32,221 nt of DNA from Promethearchaeota archaeon. GTDB taxonomy: Archaea; Asgardarchaeota; Lokiarchaeia; Sigyniarchaeales; SOKP01. Position 1 is the first letter of the stretch. Each line of letters opens with the position of its first letter. Location of the stretch: positions 1 through 32,221 of the forward strand of contig JAGXNO010000041.1 in NCBI GenBank assembly GCA_019894975.1, given 5' to 3'. Both the position numbers and the translations under genes were made by a program. Under the pieces are notes generated by a model that made no database searches, was not told the DNA's origin, and saw only the letters and a list, made by a program, of their open reading frames with translations. Below, in pieces: positions 28,340 to 32,221 of this stretch.

Positions 28340-30892
28340 TTAGGATTCTTGACCCAATTCTTTGAGCTTATTCATGTGGAACTCAATCTCTTCAATCCAT
28401 TCTTTTTTATTTTTAATATGACAGAAGCAGTATCTTACTATTTTTCTAGCTTTTTGGAAGCTTTCTTTTGCTTCTGGATAATTTCCAAGCTTTTCATAGC
28501 ATTTCCCTAAACCTACATAAGATGCAGGAACGAACCAACCATTTGGTTCAGTTTTGATTGCTTTTTTATATTTTTTAATTGCTTTTTCATACTCTCCAGT
28601 AATCACCAGAATTTCTCCATATGAATCAAAAAAATTACCCTCTTGTGGAAAATTTTCAGTGAGCGCTTTAATAGTTTCAATAGCGGCAATCTCATTCTCC
28701 TCATCTTCAACTCCCATCTCTTTCTTTTGTTTATAGATATAGGCATGCCAGTATGCTTTATTATTAAAAAATTCAACATAATCCGGATAAGTTTTTGTCA
28801 ATTCGGTAATGATTTCTAATCCAGATTCATAGTCACCCTGCATTTTATAAAGATAAGCTTTTTGCATTAAAAGGTTTTTTCGATTATCAGGATGTCGCTC
28901 CATCGCCTCCTCCAATACTTCAAAAGCTTCCTCATATCTTTTTAACTCTGCAAGGATTTTTAATTTATAATAATATAAGTCAACTACCTCATCAGTCATC
29001 TCCATTGCTATTTCAATTTCTTCAAGCGCTTCTTCATACTTTTGCATTTGCTCCAATATTGTTGATTTAAATTGATAATATCGGGCCATATTAGATATGC
29101 TAGAATCGGTTCTAATTGCCTCATCTATTAAATCTAAAACGTAATCATCATTTACTTCCCCAACTTCAAAATCGTAGATTTTACTATATCCATATACTAA
29201 TGCTTTTGCAGCGAGTGAAATCGGATGATCCGGATAAAATTCAAACATATCTTCTACAATTTCTAAAGCCTCACTAGCTTTACCCAAGGCTGTGTATGAA
29301 GACACTAATATAAACGATGAGGATAAGTAAATTCCTTCATCCTCTTTATATTTCTCATACTCTATTACATCATCAATTAATTTTATTGCTTCAGTATAAC
29401 GGTTTATCTGGCAAAGAACCCTTGCTTTAAATAGCATAAATTCTTTACTCCTTAGACCACCATTAATCTTAGAATTAACATAATTTAAGGCTTTTTTATA
29501 TTGCATCTTATCTTCCAGCCTTTTCTTTCCTTCCTTAATTGCTGAAGCAGTACTAGGAATCGTATAATACTCTTCGAGTATGTCAAAAATTTGGGGAGAA
29601 ATGTAATAATTTTCTTGTGTTTCATCAAAGTCTTTAAGTACTTCGGTTGTAGCACTGTAATATTGAAATTCCTGCCAAATAGTCCCCTCTAATTTATCAG
29701 TAATATCTTCTAATCTCTTCTGAGTTTCCATTTTATAAGCAAGGTATTTTATATAATCAGGTAGAAATTCTCTCAATGGACCTTTTAAACTGACATCAAA
29801 TAAGATGTCGCAGATCTCATTCAATATGGCTTCAACTGTAGACTCTAAGGTTAAGGGAAGAGTCTCCATATCGTTTTTTTCATACAACTTATTTAAATAT
29901 GTAAACTTTGTGATATAATCTTCAGTAATGGCGCTTAAGACCTTCTCAAGCTTTTCATTTGCCTGAAAAAAATAAGTTTTATCTTCACCTGGATCCAATT
30001 TAAAGAATTTTGTAGTATAAACACCTTTTTCAGTAATTTTGCGGATATTGAACTCTAGATCCAATTTGTCAACCTTATATTTTTCTGAAAATTCGTCTGT
30101 TGATATATAAGAAGGATATTGATTTGGATGATTCATAGAAAGATAAAGCAGGATCTTATTGAATTGATCTTCTGTATCAATTGAGCCCTTTAATTTCTCA
30201 AAAGGTAAAGTTAAGACATTGTTTAAAAACCGAAATTTGACGTCAGAATTGACAATGTCATACTTCTCGAAAAATCCTATTGTTTTCATCGTAATCTCTT
30301 CGATCCGCTTACTTTCTTCATTAAGGATTGATTGTCTGTCTAAATCATATGTTCTCAACATTCGTGCATATTCTGCTTTACCAATCCGGGTAATCCGATA
30401 CTCCTTTTCATCATTCTTCTGTATCACTTCTCTATGCAATAATGATTTAATACTTTTCGACAATGAGGATTGATTTATTGAAAGTGGCTCCTCCAGGAAA
30501 TCTGACCACTTCAAAAAATTGTTGTTATATGCCATCCATAAAATCCAATGCTCATATTCCCTTCTGTCCGTTAACGCCTTAGGAGGATAATTTAACCTTC
30601 GTTTCTTATCCTTTGTTTGTGATAGTTCATTATATCTGATTTCACCACTCGCCGTTATTTTGTATACCCCCCTCTTCACTTTCTCAATATAACCTTCATC
30701 TTGGAGTTCTTTTAGATAATTTGATAAGGTAGATTGAGGGATATTAAGAGGGTCTTCTTTAAAATGAGCCCATTCGACACTTTCGTTGTTTTTTAACATC
30801 CAAAGGATAACATGCTCGACATTTTTGCGAAGACCAAATGTTTGCTTTGTAATCTCCTCAGGTGGTAAATTCAGTTCTGATACTCTACTCAT
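28340..30892 (-). CDS. Putative regulator with two tandem winged-HTH modules and C-terminal TPR array
   Basis: EHVILWML..NN...W..F.EDPL.IPQSTLS..L..L...G.I.K...G.Y.IT repeated as EHWILWM..NN...W..F.EEPL.INQSSLS..; TPR motifs (YEEALEEIE.A, FDSYGEIL..TGEYEKAIK.Y.KA, YVGLGKCYEKLGNYPEAKE.F). Confidence 0.85.
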   Translation of the reverse strand: MSRVSELNLPPEEITKQTFGLRKNVEHVILWMLKNNESVEWAHFKEDPLNIPQSTLSNYLKELQDEGYIEKVKRGVYKITASGEIRYNELSQTKDKKRRLNYPPKALTDRREYEHWILWMAYNNNFLKWSDFLEEPLSINQSSLSKSIKSLLHREVIQKNDEKEYRITRIGKAEYARMLRTYDLDRQSILNEESKRIEEITMKTIGFFEKYDIVNSDVKFRFLNNVLTLPFEKLKGSIDTEDQFNKILLYLSMNHPNQYPSYISTDEFSEKYKVDKLDLEFNIRKITEKGVYTTKFFKLDPGEDKTYFFQANEKLEKVLSAITEDYITKFTYLNKLYEKNDMETLPLTLESTVEAILNEICDILFDVSLKGPLREFLPDYIKYLAYKMETQKRLEDITDKLEGTIWQEFQYYSATTEVLKDFDETQENYYISPQIFDILEEYYTIPSTASAIKEGKKRLEDKMQYKKALNYVNSKINGGLRSKEFMLFKARVLCQINRYTEAIKLIDDVIEYEKYKEDEGIYLSSSFILVSSYTALGKASEALEIVEDMFEFYPDHPISLAAKALVYGYSKIYDFEVGEVNDDYVLDLIDEAIRTDSSISNMARYYQFKSTILEQMQKYEEALEEIEIAMEMTDEVVDLYYYKLKILAELKRYEEAFEVLEEAMERHPDNRKNLLMQKAYLYKMQGDYESGLEIITELTKTYPDYVEFFNNKAYWHAYIYKQKKEMGVEDEENEIAAIETIKALTENFPQEGNFFDSYGEILVITGEYEKAIKKYKKAIKTEPNGWFVPASYVGLGKCYEKLGNYPEAKESFQKARKIVRYCFCHIKNKKEWIEEIEFHMNKLKELGQES

Positions 30893-30983
30893 AAATTTTC
30901 ACTTAAAACTTGCTTTAAAGTTCTTTATTTTTGTGAATTGTCCTACAATATATGTATAATCCAACTCTTATTTAAGGTTTCTC

Positions 30984-31060
30984 GTTCAATTTGGTGTTTG
31001 AACTCCAATTGAAGTACAAACTACAATTGAACTTTATGTAATTAAACTATATATTGAAGT
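30984..31060. promoter_or_regulatory. Four copies of an AACT-n2-AATTGAA(G/C)T-like motif between the wHTH-TPR gene and divergent small ORFs
   Basis: AACTCCAATTGAAGT (31001-15), AACTACAATTGAACT (31019-33), AACTATATATTGAAGT (31045-60), inverted GTTCAATTTGGTGTT (30984-98). Confidence 0.6.
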
Positions 31061-31109
31061 AATTCTTAGTAATTATTAGAACAAAAAGAAAAAAAAGTGA
31101 GTAAAAAAA

Positions 31110-31361
31110 ATGGAACAACTACAAGAAATGGATTTAAACGATCTTAGTGTGCCTGAGTGCGAGAAGATCGAAGTCTGTATAGAATGTGAAGCGAAAGCAA
31201 AAGAGCCAGTGCGGGAAAAAGAGGTTCATAGAGTTCCAATTAAGAATCGGTTATCAAAGTTATTTAAGAAATCAAAGTATAACGCAAAGTATATGGAACA
31301 AGTAATTCCCATCCAACGATTAGAACGTGAGCGAATTCACAGGAATTACGGAATATATTAG
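31110..31361 (+). CDS. Small hypothetical protein (83 aa), acidic N-half with CxxC, basic C-half
   Basis: ORF track; first gene downstream of the repeated motifs, A-rich leader with GTGAG. Confidence 0.65.
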   Translation: MEQLQEMDLNDLSVPECEKIEVCIECEAKAKEPVREKEVHRVPIKNRLSKLFKKSKYNAKYMEQVIPIQRLERERIHRNYGIY

Positions 31362-31451
31362 AGGTTTAAATAAAACTTTTTTAATATAATTAGTAAGTAG
31401 AACAAAAAAACAATCAAAAAACAAACAAAAAACAAGAAAGAGGTTAAAAAA

Positions 31452-31523
31452 ATGTCAAGAAAACTGATGGATAGAAGAGAAATAATCATTATCAGGAACA
31501 TGTATTACCGCAATCGTTATTAA
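31452..31523 (+). CDS. Unannotated micropeptide (23 aa) MSRKLMDRREIIIIRNMYYRNRY
   Basis: GAGGT SD-like sequence upstream, leader duplicated from that of 31110, T-rich terminator-like run after the stop. Confidence 0.45.
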   Translation: MSRKLMDRREIIIIRNMYYRNRY

Positions 31524-31758
31524 ATATTTTTTCCTTTTTTAATTATCATGCTAACAAGAACTAAATCATCACATCATCATCAATCATTACATCACGAGCA
31601 ATTTTTTATCAACTCATAGAACCAGAAGTAAGTAAGACCATTTTCCATAATGGATTCACATCGGGGGTGAGGGAGTGATTTTAATCCTCCCGAACTTTCC
31701 TACTTATAGAAATTCCAATTAAACAAAAAAAAAGCACTAAAAATAAAAAATAAAGGGA

Positions 31759-31941
31759 GTGAAAGGAATGGGGTATGACAAGTTTGTATTTACGGGGTAT
31801 GCGAAATGTCCATGTTGTCAGACAGGTATGATTATGATCGACAATAAAGTGGTGAGCTGTCCCGTGTGTGAACTGAAGCGGGAAGAAAAGGCCCAGAAGC
31901 TCGGAAAAGGAACGCCTGTTTCGCAGGCAATATTAATCTAA
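31759..31941 (+). CDS. Small zinc-finger protein (CPCC...CPVC); likely start at ATG 31768
   Basis: KCPCCQTG-x-SCPVCE; GGGAGTGA SD-like element upstream. Confidence 0.7.
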   Translation: MKGMGYDKFVFTGYAKCPCCQTGMIMIDNKVVSCPVCELKREEKAQKLGKGTPVSQAILI

Positions 31942-32146
31942 ATTTTTTTTTAAATTATACATTTTTACAATTTTCTTATATTGAGATTTGCCTTCTAAAT
32001 CTAACCAGTAATCTCCTCTTTTCTCATCATCACTAATACTAAAATGATGGCTTGGGAAGGAAAGAAGGGAATAATTTTTATGACTTATTTTAAAATCATA
32101 CTGTGTTTCTATATGTAAATCGTTATAAGTGGTAACTCCGTTATAG

Positions 32147-32221
32147 GTGGCATTACTGCTCTTTATGTGGGGAAAAATTAGAAACGGGTATAAAATTTTG
32201 CCCAAATTGTGGTAGTAACAT
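32147..32221 (+). pseudogene. 5' end of a zinc-ribbon protein gene with an apparent 1-nt frameshift after the GTG start (or a sequencing error); runs off the window
   Basis: Frame from 32151 reads HYCSLCGEKLETGIKFCPNCGSN but has an in-frame stop at 32133 and no start. Deleting one T in GTGGCATTACTGC gives MAYCSLCG. Confidence 0.55.

Noticed and set aside
17659-30473. Short overlapping ORFs (17659, 20352, 20764, 21890, 23759, 26184, 27265, 28554, 30219)
   Set aside because: Shadow or alternate-frame ORFs overlapping recognisable genes.
31548-31619. His-rich 23-aa ORF as a confident CDS
   Set aside because: No SD, and it may arise by chance from a CAT-rich low-complexity tract; kept only as part of a speculative finding.
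31933-32205. 90-aa minus-strand ORF
   Set aside because: TTG start, no recognisable motif, and its 5' part overlaps a convincing plus-strand zinc-ribbon frame. A remnant in its 3' half cannot be excluded.

Overview
AT-rich (roughly 30% GC by eye) archaeal chromosomal window. Gene content and protein styles point to an Asgard archaeon, probably Lokiarchaeia/Promethearchaeota (inference, no marker gene present). It holds: a partial NAD(P)HX-repair gene (nnr); a UroD-like protein and an M19 dipeptidase; a 2236-aa Ig/FnIII-repeat surface protein with six exact-period 303-bp repeats; a COG1340-like coiled-coil protein; a 670-aa protein that reads as HhH x2 + Bro1-like + steadiness-box-like, followed by a 2-TM/winged-helix gene (candidate ESCRT adaptor module, the top finding); two tandem tRNA genes (Thr-GGT, elongator Met-CAT) with three BHB-type introns, two of them at non-canonical T-loop position 59/60; a MarR-associated redox operon with a visible triple palindromic operator; a beta-carbonic anhydrase; a flotillin/YqiJ(NfeD) pair headed by two unannotated paralogous micropeptide ORFs opposite a tandem-RHH regulator; and a double-wHTH/TPR regulator facing repeated operator-like sites and several micropeptide ORFs. 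No CRISPR array or transposase is seen. All domain calls are by eye from motifs and need profile searches.
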